DNA of 64,000 nucleotides, taken from the NCBI RefSeq assembly GCF_009914755.1, contig NC_060943.1, one strand, 5' to 3'. This document shows, piece after piece, positions 18,183 to 36,244 of the stretch. The position numbers were made by a program, and so were the translations under genes. The notes beneath the pieces were generated by a model. The model searched no databases. It saw only the letters and a program-made list of their open reading frames with translations, and had not been told where the DNA came from. This DNA is from the human T2T-CHM13v2.0 reference genome, Homo sapiens. The first letter of the stretch is position 1. Each line of letters opens with the position of its first letter.

Positions 18183-18967
18183 TCAAGGACATGCTATTGT
18201 GGGTTTTTTTTTTTAAAATAAACTCTCCTTTTTGGACCAGGCACAGTGGCTCACACCTGTAATCCCAGCACTTTTGGGAGGCCAAGCAGAAGGATCACTT
18301 GAGCTCAGGAGTTCAAAACCAGCCTGGGACACATAGTGAAACCCCGTCTCTACAAATAGAAAAAAAAAAGCTAAAAATCCCTCTTCTCTGTGGTAACTGC
18401 TCTTTTCAAGTTCAAGATTAAGAGAAATTTTTCCTCAATCTTGCTAAATGACAGCTACTGCCATTCAATGGAGATGTGGCTAACATGTCCCCTGCATTAC
18501 CTCTACTGTATATGTAATCACTTCCTATTAACGTATTAATCTCCTCCAATAAAAACTGCAGCCTCTTAAGGTCTTGGACTGCTCTATTTCATGATTGGTT
18601 AGTAGAGCATTTCTTTCCTATAATCCACACTGGCCCTCTCTGTGAAGAATGCCCTGTATGCAATAATCTGACTGATATCACAGCTTTACATTATTCTCAG
18701 CCCCCTACAAATCTTAATTCAGCCATTTTTTTTCCTTTTTTTTTTTTTTTGAGACAGAGTCTCACTCTTGTCCAGGCTGGAGTGAAGTGGCACAATCTAG
18801 GCTCACTGCAACCTCTGCCTCACGGGTTCAAGTGATTCTCCTGCCTCAGCCTCTCTTGTAGCTGGGATTACAAGCATGCATCACCATGCCCGGCGCATTT
18901 TTGTATTGTTATAGTAGAGATGCGGTTTCACTTTGTTGCCCAAGCTGGTCTCGAACTCCTGATCTAA

Positions 18968-19417
<450 letters not shown>

Positions 19418-19853
19418 TAATTTCAAAAGATAGTGTCCCTGTTTCACAGGAACATGGAGAGAAATGATTTCACCTAATGAAGTAGGCCATTGTTTCCTAT
19501 TCCTGCCTATAGATCATGAAATGACTAAGAAAGACATCATAAAAACATTTCAAATGTCAGCTTGAAAGTCAACATTGGTAAAGAAGTCTTTCTCCTTCAA
19601 TAATATAATACATTATTTCATGACCTGAAAGTAACTGGCCATTTCCAAATGTCCTTGAGTCTTTGATATATATGTCATGACTTTTAACATATTTTGAATT
19701 GTAATTATTCTGCAGAATGTAATATAAAAGATTTATGGTAGAGAATTAGACTTCCTATTGGCTGGGCACGGTGGCTCACGCCAGTAATCCCAGCACTCTG
19801 GGAGGCTGAGGCGGGCGGATCACGAGGTCAGGAGATCAAGACCATCCTGGCTA

Positions 19854-20742
<889 letters not shown>

Positions 20743-20841
20743 TGAGTCACTGGGTCCGGCCCTCCACTATGAATTTTTAATGAACCCTGAGGATGCATCT
20801 TAGATTAGTAACCTTTCCAGATTCACTACATTTGCCTGGTT

Positions 20842-20847
20842 TTTATT
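20842..20847 (-). terminator. ZNF83: Candidate AATAAA polyadenylation signal of ZNF83
   Basis: tttatt on the + strand, ~620 bp past the stop codon and after degenerate 3'UTR fingers. Confidence 0.45.
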
Positions 20848-21080
20848 GAGTGGATCTCTCACGACAAAATCATGAATATTACACTGAAAGGCTTATTACA
20901 TTATCTTTGTGTAGTTACTCTCCAGTATAAACCCTGTGATGTTCCGGTTTTGATGCCTGGGTAAAAGCTTAAGCATGCACGTTACATTTGTATGGTTTCA
21001 TCAAAAAAGTTTTTGATGCCTAGTGAGACTTTGGCCTGCGGAAAATCTCTATCACATATAATTATTATAAATGCTCTTTA

Positions 21081-21296
<216 letters not shown>

Positions 21297-21463
21297 TCAG
21301 TACATTAGTAAAGTTTCTGTCCTCTATGGTCTAGCTAACGGTTATTAAGCCTTGAACAAAAACTAAAGGCTCTGCTACATTCATTATACTTGCAAAGTTT
21401 TTCTCCAGTATAAATTATTGTATGTCTTACAAGGCTTTAATGCTAACTGAACACTCTGCCACA

Positions 21464-23247
<1,784 letters not shown>

Positions 23248-24288
23248 CTACAAGATATAAGGATCCCACAGTTTCCAATTAATTACAGATAGTCAATAAA
23301 TATCTCCTATTGAAATGTGTAATAGTACACTAAGAGTAATACTTATGTTAAAGAAAGTTATAAAACTCCCATTCATGATTTTTAACTTTTTGGAAAACAA
23401 AAGGAACAGATATTTTCTAATAGAGAAAGGGTGACTGCACATAATTCAAACTAATTGCAGAAAAGCCTAGTATAAAGAAACCTATGGCCAAACCACTTAC
23501 ATTGCAAAAATTTAGGTTAGCTCCCCAAAATTGAGATTTTTTCCAACATGAAGCCTGAGCATACTGCAATAGAAGGAAAACATATGGCTGTCTAATAGTT
23601 GAAAGAATTTTGTACTTAAGAAATTTATTGACTAAGGTCAGAGAAAACATTCTTTGGAGCAAACTGAAAAATAAAAAGGTATACAACACAACGAAGGCAC
23701 CCATGGCCTAAATGTTTGCACTGACCAAAAGATCCTATTCCCCAATATTATGTTATTGCAAGTGGGGACATTGGGCAACAATTAGGCCATGAGGAGGAAG
23801 GGAGGAAGCTCTCATGAACAGGATTAGTGCCTGTATAAGAAAAACCACTAGAGTACTTGCTTCCTCTCACTCTGACATATGATAGACACAGCAAGAAGCA
23901 GGTTGGGGCCAGGTGCGGTGGCTCATGCCTTTAATCTCAGCAACTGGGGAGGCCACGGTGAGTGAATCATCTGAGGTCAGGAGTTCCAGACCAGCCTGAC
24001 CAACATGATTAAACCCTGTCTCTACTAAAAATACAAAAATTAGCAAAACTCCATCTCAAAAAAAAAGCAGACTGGGGTAAAATAGAAAGAAGGCACCACC
24101 CAGGAAGTGTTTTTATGCATTTTGATCTTGGACTTCACTGCTTACAGGTTTATGAGAAATTATTTCCTGAAGTTTAGGATGTAAGCATCTCAGTCTACAG
24201 TATTTCTTATGGCAGGCTGATGTGGTTAAGACATGAAAAGTTAGATGGATGAAAAGGTCCATCTAATGAACATGACAGAGACTGATAA

Positions 24289-24642
<354 letters not shown>

Positions 24643-24794
24643 TAGCCGTCTACCAACACCAACTTGCCAAAAGAAACTTGGAGTAAATTATTGCTTTTCA
24701 AATAGAGTAGGTCCACCAATTTACACTGCAAGTAAGTGAGGTCAATGGGATTTGATCTTGGGCTGCAGATCCAGACATTTCTTAAAAGTGGATG

Positions 24795-25625
<831 letters not shown>

Positions 25626-25885
25626 GACATGGCAAATAGATGCATAGAAAGGAATCATTTCAAGGGAGCTACAAGAACGGGGTTGTGTTGCTGACCATGT
25701 CACTTGGTAATCCTTCCTAGACAGCGGTATGTCCACCATCGTACAGAGCAGACATCGGTTTAGGCTGTGTTCTGAGAAAGCCGTCCTACAGATAAGCAAG
25801 TGTCTTTCCTTACATGGTGAGAGTAGCATGGGGACTGAGTACTGTGGATATTGAGGTGGTCAGAAATACAAAGATTAATATGTTA

Positions 25886-26176
<291 letters not shown>

Positions 26177-26206
26177 TCAAAAAAAAAAAAAAAAAAAAAA
26201 AAAAAA

Positions 26207-26285
26207 TTCCCACCCATCTTATTTTCACTTCATGCTACACAGTCCAGGGCTCTTTGCCTTGCTCCAACAGGTTAGAAAGAGACTC
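26207..26285 (-). pseudogene. Decayed KRAB-B exon in the ZNF83 intron
   Basis: ttataagcag|GAGTCTCTTTCTAACCTG TTG GAG CAA GGC AAA GAG CCC TGG ACT GTG TAG: LEQGKEPW motif is out of frame, has stops and is cut by an Alu. Confidence 0.75.
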
Positions 26286-26731
26286 CTGCTTATAAAAAGT
26301 AGGAAACATGACATGTTGGAAGTTTTCTAGATCCCCAGCCCTATGTTTCTGTAGGAAAGAAGACATTACAGATGGACTTAGGAAAATATTTCACAAATTC
26401 CTCCACTGACTGCCTCCTTCTGAATCTTTAAAGAGCACTGTAATATGTGGACACTGAGCTCTCTTCCCAGAACTACTGAATCAAAAGCACAGGAGTAGCA
26501 AATAGGGAACTGGATATCTTTAAAGTCTGCCATGAGGTTTTGTTTTGTTTTTGTTTTTTGAGACAGAATCTTGCTCTGTTACCCGGGCTGGAGTGCAGTC
26601 ATGCATTCTCGGCTCACTGCAACCATTGCCTCCCAGGTTCAGGTGATAATCTTACCTTAGCCTTTCTAGTACCTGGGATTACAGACATGTGCCATCACGC
26701 CTGGATAATTTTTGTGTTTTTTTTTTTTTGA

Positions 26732-26992
<261 letters not shown>

Positions 26993-27293
26993 TGAGCCAC
27001 CGCGCCTGGCCAATTTTTGTATTTTTAGTAGAGATGACGTTTCGCCATGTTGGTGAGGCTAGTATCGAACTCCTGACCTGAAGTGATCCACAAGCTTTGG
27101 CCTCCCAAAGTGCTGGGATTACAGGCATGAGTCACCACGCCTTGCCAGCCATAAGGTTTTAAGCCTTCTTTACTTCTGGAACCCCCACTGAGCTATCATG
27201 AAGAACGCAGAACATCTAAAAAAGGGGACAGTGAAAGTCCAGATGCTACATCATGAAGCTTTTCATTTCAAAATCAATACGGCTTCCATTTTA

Positions 27294-27530
<237 letters not shown>

Positions 27531-27961
27531 TTAACCAAATGGTTATGGGAGGAGTTCTTATCTTTACAGAAAATGAGGAGAGCGGTGACAACAAGGATTT
27601 AATTGTAGTGAATGTTCTGACAAATCTGAGTAAGGGATTTTTCACCACATGATGTCTTCCCAGTGGTGTTTGATTATACTTTTTGAAGAGGTCATAATAC
27701 CCTCTTGTTATAAATTTATTATGTTTGTGAAGAATACAAGAAACACTCAAATAAATAGATGCCTGGTTCCCATTATAGAAATGTTAGAAACTTTTGGCCA
27801 GGTGCTGTGGCTCACGCCTGTAATCCCAACACTTTGGGAGGCTGAGGCAGGTGGATCACAAGGTCAGGAATTCGAGACTAGCCTGGACAATATGGTGAAA
27901 CTCTGTCTGTACTAAAAATACAAAAATTAGCTGGATGTGGTGGTAGATGCCTGTAGTCTCA

Positions 27962-28125
<164 letters not shown>

Positions 28126-28200
28126 TCAGTATCTAGATGAGATAGAGCATGAGTGATGCCTTCAAAGATGACAACGTCCACAGTGAAATAGCCGGGCTCA

Positions 28201-28350
<150 letters not shown>

Positions 28351-28659
28351 TTAGCTGGGCATGGTGGCAGGCATCTGTGGTTCCAACTACTTGGGAGGCC
28401 GAGGTGGGAGGATGTCTTTACCATGAGGGTACAGGTTGCAGTGAGCTATGATTGCACCACTGAGCTTCAGCCTGGGCAACAAAGCGAGGCCCCATCTCAA
28501 AATACAAGAAAACAAAATTACTCAAAGTACAAAAATACATTTTTTATATATATGTCCACAAAATAATAAAATTTACGCAGACTCACAAAAAACTAGAGTT
28601 GAATGCAAAGGGTTGTCATTTTCCCCAGATTTTCAAAATACAAAAGATTTTCAAAATAT

Positions 28660-28750
28660 ATACGTATGTGTGTATGTGTATATGTATATATGTGTGTGTA
28701 TATCTGTGTGTGTATATCTCTGTGTGTGTGTGTGTGTGTGTGTATATATA
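28660..28750. repeat. (TG)n/(TA)n microsatellite
   Basis: tgtgtgtgtg and tatatg runs. Confidence 0.9.
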
Positions 28751-31700
28751 GTTTCCTTTAACTGAAGAGGAATCTCATCTTGGTGGAAAAGGAACTTTGG
28801 CAGTTGAGGGCAGGGGAGAATCTGTTCAGTTCTAAGAAAACAGGAGATTACCCATCCTAGAAGCAATCACTCCTTCAACAGCCTTCCCTGGAGGAATCCT
28901 CAGATATCTGTAGTAATGCAGGTGAGCACAGAGGCAGTGACTATGGCACTCCTTATACAGAGAAAAGTCACAAAGGACCCATATGTTATTCAGCCAATTT
29001 CCAATGCAGGCATCAAAGAGGAAGGTAGCCATATTTACTAATATGAGAACATGTTAATTTTCACAACCAGCAGGATGAAATATCAGAGTAAAATATTTAC
29101 TAAACACAAAGAAGAAAACAACAGACACTAGGCGTCAGGCCTCTGAGCCCAAGTCTGCACGTATACATCCAGATGGTCTGAGGCAAGCGAAAAGCACAAA
29201 AGAAGTGAAACAGCCAGCTTCTGTCTTAACTGATTGACCAACCTTATGACTTTCCATTATGACTTGTTTCTGCCCTGCCCCAACTGACCAATGGATCAAC
29301 CTCATGACATTCTTCTTCTGGACAATGAGTCCTATGACCTCCCCACCATGCACTTTGTGACCCCCTCCTCTGCTGACAATAGATAACCACCTTTAATTGT
29401 AACTTTCCACTGCTTATCCCAGTCCTATAAAACTGCCACTCCCCTATCTCCCTTTGCTGACTCCTTTTTTGGACTCAGCCTGCCTGCACCCAGGTAAAAT
29501 AAACAGCCTTGTTGCTCACACAAAACCTGTTTGGTGGTCTCTTCACAGGGACATACGTGACATTTGGTGAGATGTGGGACAGGAGGACTCCTTCAGGAGA
29601 CTGATCCCCTGTCCTGATCTCCATGAGGAGCTCCAGCTACGACCTCAGGTCCTCAGACCAACCAGCCCAAGGAACGTCTCACCAATTTCAAATTGGGTAA
29701 GTGGTCTTTTTACTGTCTTCTCCAACTTTGTCACTATCCCTCATCATCTTTCTCCTTTCAATTTCAGCACCACCTTTCAATCTCTCCCTTCCCTTAATTT
29801 CAGTTCCTTTCCTTTTCTGGTAGAGACAGAGGAGACATGTTTTATCCATGAACCCAAAACTCCAGCGCTGGTCACGGACTTGGGAAGACAGTCTTCCCTT
29901 GGTGTTTAATCACTGCAGGGATGCCTGTCTGATTATTCACCCACATTTCAGACTTGTTCAATCACCACAGGGACACCTGCCTTGATCCTCCACCTTGGTG
30001 GCAAGTACCATTTCCTCTTTGTGGCAAGTACCACCCCACTCTCTCTGTGTCTCTACCCCTCTTTTCTCTAAACTTACGTTTTTACTATGGGCAACCATCC
30101 ACCCTCCATTCCTCCTACTTCCCCCTTAGCCTGTGTTCTTAAAAACTTGAAACCTCTTCAACTCTCACCTGATCTAAAACCTAAGCATCTTATTTTCTCC
30201 TGCAACACTGTTTGGCCCCAATACAAACTTGATAATGGCTCTAAATGGCCAGATAATGGCACTTTTGATTTCTCCATCCTACAAGACCTAAATAATTTTT
30301 GTCATAAGATGGGTAAATGGTCTGAGGTGCCTTATGTCCAGGCATTTTTTCACTTCACTTCCTCCCTAGCTTCTGGTCCCAATGTGACTAGTCCCAAATC
30401 CTTCTTTCCCTCCTGCCTGTCCCTTCAGTCCCAACACCAACTGCTGCTGAGTCTTCTGAATCCTCCTTTTCTGAAGACCCCTCTTACCTCTCTCCCCCTC
30501 CCCAGGCCACTCCTCAGAAGGCTGAATCAAGTCCCAATTCTTCCTCAGCCTCCACTCCCCCACCCTGTAACCCTGCTGTCACCTCCCCTCCCCACACCCA
30601 GTTCGGCTTACAATTTCGTTCTGCAGCAAATACTCCCCAACCTGCCCAACAATTTCCTCTTTGAGAAGTGCCTGGAGCTGAGGGCATCGGCAGAGTGCAT
30701 GTACCATTTTCTCTATCAGACCTTTCCCAAATTAATCAACACTTAGGCCCCTTCTCGTGAGACACCACTAAATATATACAGGAATTCCAGTATTTAATCC
30801 AATACTACAACTTAACCTGGAGTGACTTAAATGTCATCCTACCTTCTACCCTTTCCCCAGATGAGTGGGATAGAGTTTATACCCTAGCCCAGTCCCACAC
30901 TGACACCTGCAGGCCTCATGAGCCAAACCTTCAACAAGGCATCTGGGTAGTTCCCCAAGAAGATCCCTAATGGGAATACCAGACAGGCTCCCCAGGTATA
31001 GCTAGGCAAGATTATGATTTCCTGCCTAGTTGAAGTGCTTAAAAAGGCAGCTTACAAAGCTGTTAATTATGACAAACTTAAACGACCCAAGGTAAAGATG
31101 AAAACCCAGCCCAGTTCATGGTTCATCTGGCAGCAATTCTGAGACACTTTACAGCCCTAGACCCTGAAGGGTCAGAAGGCTGTCTCATTCTCAATATGCA
31201 TTTTATCAACCAGTCAGCTCCTGACATTAGAAAAAAGCTTCAAAAATTGGAATCCAGTCCTCAAACCCCACAACAGGAATTAATCAACCTCACCTTCAAA
31301 GTGTGCAATAATAGAGAGGAGGCAGCCAAATGGCAATGCATTTCTGAGTTACAATTACTTGCCTCTGCTGTGAGACAAAACTCAGCTGCAGCTCCAGCAC
31401 ACAAGAACTTCAAAACGCCTAAGCTGCAGTGGTCAGGCATTCCTACAGGACCTCCTCTCTCAGGATCTTGCTTCAAGTGCCAGAAATCTGGCCACTGGGC
31501 CAAGGAATGCCTGCAGCCAGGGATTCCTCCCAAGCCACGTCCCATCTGTGCAGGGACCCATGGAAATCAGACTGTCCAGCTCACCCAGAAGCCACTCCTA
31601 GAGCCCCTAAAGCTCTGGCCCATGGCTCTTTGACTCCTTCCCAGATCTGCTCGGCTTAGCAGCTGAAGACTGTCACTGCCCAATTGCCTCGGAAGCCCTC

Positions 31701-32306
31701 TGGACCATCAGGGATGCTGAGCTTTGGGTAACTCTTACAGTGGGGCGTAAGTCCATCCCCTGTTTAACTGATACAGGGGCTAACCACTCCACATTACCTT
31801 CTTTTCAAGGGCCTGTTTCCCTTGCCTCCATAACTGTTGTGGGTATTGATGGCCAGGCTCCTGGACCCCTTAAAACTTCCCAATTTGGTGCCAACTTGAA
31901 CAATATTCTTTTATGCACTCCTTTTTAGTTATCCCCACCTGCCCAGTTCCCTTATTAGGCTGAGACATTTTAACCAAATTACCTGCTTCCCTGACTATTC
32001 CTGGACTACAGCCACATCTCATTGCCGCCCTTCTTCCCAACCCAAAGCCTCCTTCACGTCTTCCTCTTGTATCCCCCCACCTTAACCCACAGGTATGGGA
32101 CACCTCTGCTCCCTCCCTGGCAACTGATCACACACCCATACCTAATCACCCTTACCCTGCTCAACACCAGTATCCCATCCCACAACAGGCTTTAAGGGGA
32201 TTAAAGCCTGTTATCACTCGCCTGCTACAGCATGAGCTTCTAAAGTCTAAAAACTCCTTATGATTCCCCCATTTTAAGTGTCCAAAAGCTGGACGAGTCT
32301 TACAGG

Positions 32307-33194
32307 TTGGTTCAGGATCTGTGCCTTTTAAACCAAATTGTTTTGCCTATCCACCCTGTGGTGCCCAACCTGTACACTCTTTTGTTCTCAATACTGCCCT
32401 CCACAACTCACTATTCCATTCTTGATCTTAAACATGCTTTTTTCACTATTCCCCTGCACCCCTCATCCCAGCCCCTCTTTGCTTTTACCTGGACTGACAC
32501 TGACACTCATCAGTCCCAGCAGCTTACCTGGGCTGTACTGCCGCAAGGCTTCCGGGATAGCCCTCATTACTTCAGCCAAGCTCTTTCTCATGATTTACTT
32601 TCTTTTCACTCCTCTGCTTCCTACCTTATTCAATACATTGATGACCTTCTACTCTGTAGTCCCTACTTTGAGTCTTTGCAAAAGGATATCCTCCTACTCC
32701 TTCAACATTTATTCTCCAAAGGATATCAGGTATCCCCCACCAAAGCTCAAATTTCTTCCCCATCCATTACCTACCTTGGCATAATTCTTCATGAAAACAT
32801 GCATGCTATCCCTGCCAACTGTGTCCAGCTGATCTCTCAAACCCCAACCCCTTCTATAAAACAACAACTCCTTTCCTTCCTGGGCATGGTTGGATACTTT
32901 CACCTTTGGACACCTGGCTTTGCTGTCCTAACAAAACCATTGTATCAACTCACAAAGGGAAACCTAGCTGACCGCACAGATCCTAAATCCTTTCCCCACT
33001 CGTCTTTCTGTTCCTTGAAGACAGCTCTGGAGACTGCTCCCACACTAGCTCTCCCTGACTCATCCCAACCCTTTTCACTACACACAGCCGAAGTGCAGGG
33101 TTGTGCAGTCGGAATTCTTACACAAGGACCAGGACTGCACCCTGTAGCCTTTTTGTCCAAACAACTTGACCTTCCTATTATACGCTGGCCATGA
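32307..33194 (+). pseudogene. HERV-H reverse transcriptase fragment (295-codon open stretch)
   Basis: LDLKHAFF, WAVLPQGFRDSP and QYIDDLLL motifs; flanked by stops and frameshifts. Confidence 0.85.
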
Positions 33195-33844
33195 TGTCTC
33201 CGTGCAGCTACCACCACCCTAATACTTTTAGAGGCCCTCAAAGTCACAAACTATGCTCAACTCACTCTCCACATTTCTCATAACTTCCCAAATCTATTTT
33301 CTTCCTCACACCTGATGCATATACTTTTTGCTCCCTGGCTCCTTCAGCTATACTCACTCTTTGTTGAGTCTCCCACAATTACCATTGTTCCTGGCCCAGA
33401 CATCAATCCAGCCTGCCACATTATTCCAGATACCACACCTGACCCCCATGACTGTATCTCTCTGATCCCCCTGACATTCACTCCATTTCCCCCTCCTTTC
33501 GTGTTCCTCATCCTGATCACATTTGGTTTATTGATGGCAGTTCCACCAGGCCTAATCGCCACTCACCAGCAAAGGCAGGCTATGCTATAGTATCTTCCAC
33601 ATCTATCATTGAGGCTACCACTCTGCCCCACTCCCACAGCCTCTCAGCAAGCAGAACTCATTGCCTAAACTCAGGCCCTCACTCTTGCAAAGGGACTACA
33701 CATCAATATTTATACTGACTCAAAATATACCTTCCATATCTTGCACCACCATGCTGTTATATGGGCTGAAAGAGGTTTCCCCCCTATGCAAGTGTCCTCC
33801 ATCATTAATGCCTCCTTAATAAAAACTCTTCTCAAGGCCGCATT

Positions 33845-35160
33845 CTCCTTATGTCAAGTCTACTCCCCCCATATTTGGACTCCCCACAACACAAGCTACT
33901 ATTTCTGTGGTCACTCCATTATGTATCTCTCAGCAAAGACCCACTGGAATTCCCCTGGGGAACTTTTCACCTTCTCAATGCTCCTTCACTCTTCATCTCC
34001 AAAGCCCAACTACATATATCACAGAAACAATTGGGGCCTTCCAGCTCCGTATTACAGACAAGACATCTATCAATACTGGCAAACTTAAAAACATTATTGC
34101 TTAGGAAAACATTTACCCTGTATTTCACTCCATCCTTGGCTACCTTCCCCTTGCTCTTCAGACTCTCCTCCCAGGCCCTCTTCTTATTTACTTATATCCA
34201 GCCCCATAAATAACAGTGAAAGTTTGCTTGTAGACACTCAATGCTTTCTCATACACCATGAATATTGAACCTCCCCCTCTACACAGTTACCCCATCAGTC
34301 CCCATTACAACCTCTGATGGCTGCCGCCCTAGCTGGATCCCTGAGTCTGGGTAAAAGACACCTCTTTTAGCACTTCTTCTCATCTTTTCACTTTGCATTT
34401 CCAATTTTGCCTTGCAAAAGGCCTCTTCTTCTGTGGCTCCTCCGCTTACATGTGTCTGCCTGCTAATCGGACAGGGACATGTACACTCATTTTTCTCATT
34501 CCCAAAATTCAATTTGCAAATGGGACTGAACAACTTCCTATCCCACTCATGATACCAAACAGACAAAAAAGAGTTATTCCTCTAATCCCTCTACTTATAG
34601 GGTTAGGACTTTCTGCTTCCACTATTGCCCTTGGAGCTGGAATAGCAGGCATTTCAACTTCTGTCACGACCTTCCATAGCCTTTCAAATGACATTTCTAC
34701 TAGCATTACAGATATATCACAAACTTTATCAGTCCTTCAGGCCAAGTCAACTCTTAGCCCCAGTTGTCCTCCAAAATTGCTGAGGCCTGGACTTACTCAC
34801 TGCTGAAAAAGGAGGACTCTGTATATTTTTAAATGAAGAGTATTGTTTTTACGTAAATCAGTCTGGCCTGGTATATGACAACATAAACTCAAGGATAGAG
34901 CCCAGAAATTTGCCAACCAGGCAAATCATTACACAGGACCCATCTGGACACTTTCTAACTGAGTGTCTTGGCTACTCCCTATTCTTAGTCCCCTGGTACC
35001 TGTTTTTCTCCTTCTCTTATTCAGGCCCTGTGTCTTCCATTTAGTTTCTCAATTCATACAAAACCACATTCAGACCATCACCAATCATTCTATATGACAA
35101 ATGCTACTTTTAACAACCCCACAGTACCATCCCCCGCACCAAGATCTCCCCACAGCCTAA
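33845..35160 (+). pseudogene. HERV-H env remnant (partial SU and TM)
   Basis: Furin site RQKR at 34561-34572, fusion peptide VIPLIPLLIGLG, and immunosuppressive-domain-like VLQNC*GLDLLTAEKGGLC at ~34766-34822 in a shifted frame. Confidence 0.85.
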
Positions 35161-35765
35161 ATCCCTATTCCTTGTAACTCATTATAAAATTTTCCTTAAG
35201 GTGTCCACGCAGCTCCTAATCTCACTCGAAGCAACCCTGAGAAACATCATCCATTATCTCTCCATACCACCCCCAAAAATTTTTGCCACCCCAACACTTC
35301 ACTATTTTGTTTTATTTTTCTTATTAATATAAGAAGACAGGAATGTCAGGCCTCTGAGCCCAAGACTGCAGGTATACATCCAGATGGCCTGAGGCAACCG
35401 AAAAGTACAAAAGAAGTGAAACAGCCAGCCCCTGTCTTAACTGATTGACCAACCTTATGACTTTCCATTATGACTTGTTCCTGCCCTGCCCCAACTGATC
35501 GATCGACCTTGAGAAATTCTTCTGGACAATAAGTCTTATGATCTCCCCACAATGCACCTTGTGACCCTCTCCTCTGCTGACAATAGATAACCACCTTTAA
35601 CTGTAACTATCCACTGCTTACCCCAGGCCTATAAAACTGCCCCACCCCATCTCCTTTTGCTGACTTCTTTTTCAGACCCAGTCTGCCTGCACCCAGGTGA
35701 AATAAACAGCCTTGTTGCTCACACAAAGCCTATTTGGTGGTCTCTTCACACAGACGAGCATGACA

Positions 35766-36240
35766 CTGCAGTCTAGTTGAGGGTGGAGGGTGGGAGGAAG
35801 GAGAGGCATAAAAAAGAAAAACTATTGGGGGCCAGGTGTTGTGGTTCATGCCTGTAATTCCAGCACTTTGGGAGGCCGAGGTGGGTGGATCACCTGAGGT
35901 CAGGAATTCAAGACCAGCCTGGCCAATGTGGTGAAACCCTCTCTCTACTAAAAATACAAAAATTAGCCAGGCATGATGGCAGGCACCTGTAATCCCAGCT
36001 ACTGAGGCAGGAGAATCCCTTGAACCTGGGAGGCAGAAATTGCAATGAGCTGAGATCATACCAGTACTCTGGCCTGAGCAAAAGAGCAAAACTCAGTCTC
36101 AACTAAATAAATAAATAAATATTGGGTACTGGGCTTAATGTCAAGGTGATGAACTACTCTGTACAACAAACCCCGATGACACGAGTTTACCTGTGTAACA
36201 AACCTTCACATGTAGCCCCAAACCTAAAGTAAAAAAATGA
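35766..36240 (+). mobile_element. Old L1 (L1PA13-16/L1PB-like) 3' end, continued from ~29095-29132 and carrying an Alu (~35829-36120)
   Basis: acacaaagaagaaaacaacagacac|...|ttgagggtggagggtgggagg...gtacaacaaacccc...acatgtagcccc L1 3'UTR motifs. Confidence 0.8.
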
Positions 36241-36244
36241 ATAT

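Larger units (their letters stand above)
29133..35765 (+). mobile_element. HERV-H provirus 1 (LTR7C-like LTRs 29133-29562 and 35344-35765); decayed gag-pro-RT-RNaseH, integrase deleted, env remnant
   Basis: Paired (t/c)gtcaggcctctgagcccaag...tgaca LTRs; gag knuckle CFKCQKSGHWAKEC; protease DTGA; RT LPQG and YIDD; PPT aagaagacaggaa; inserted into an old L1 3'UTR. Confidence 0.95.
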
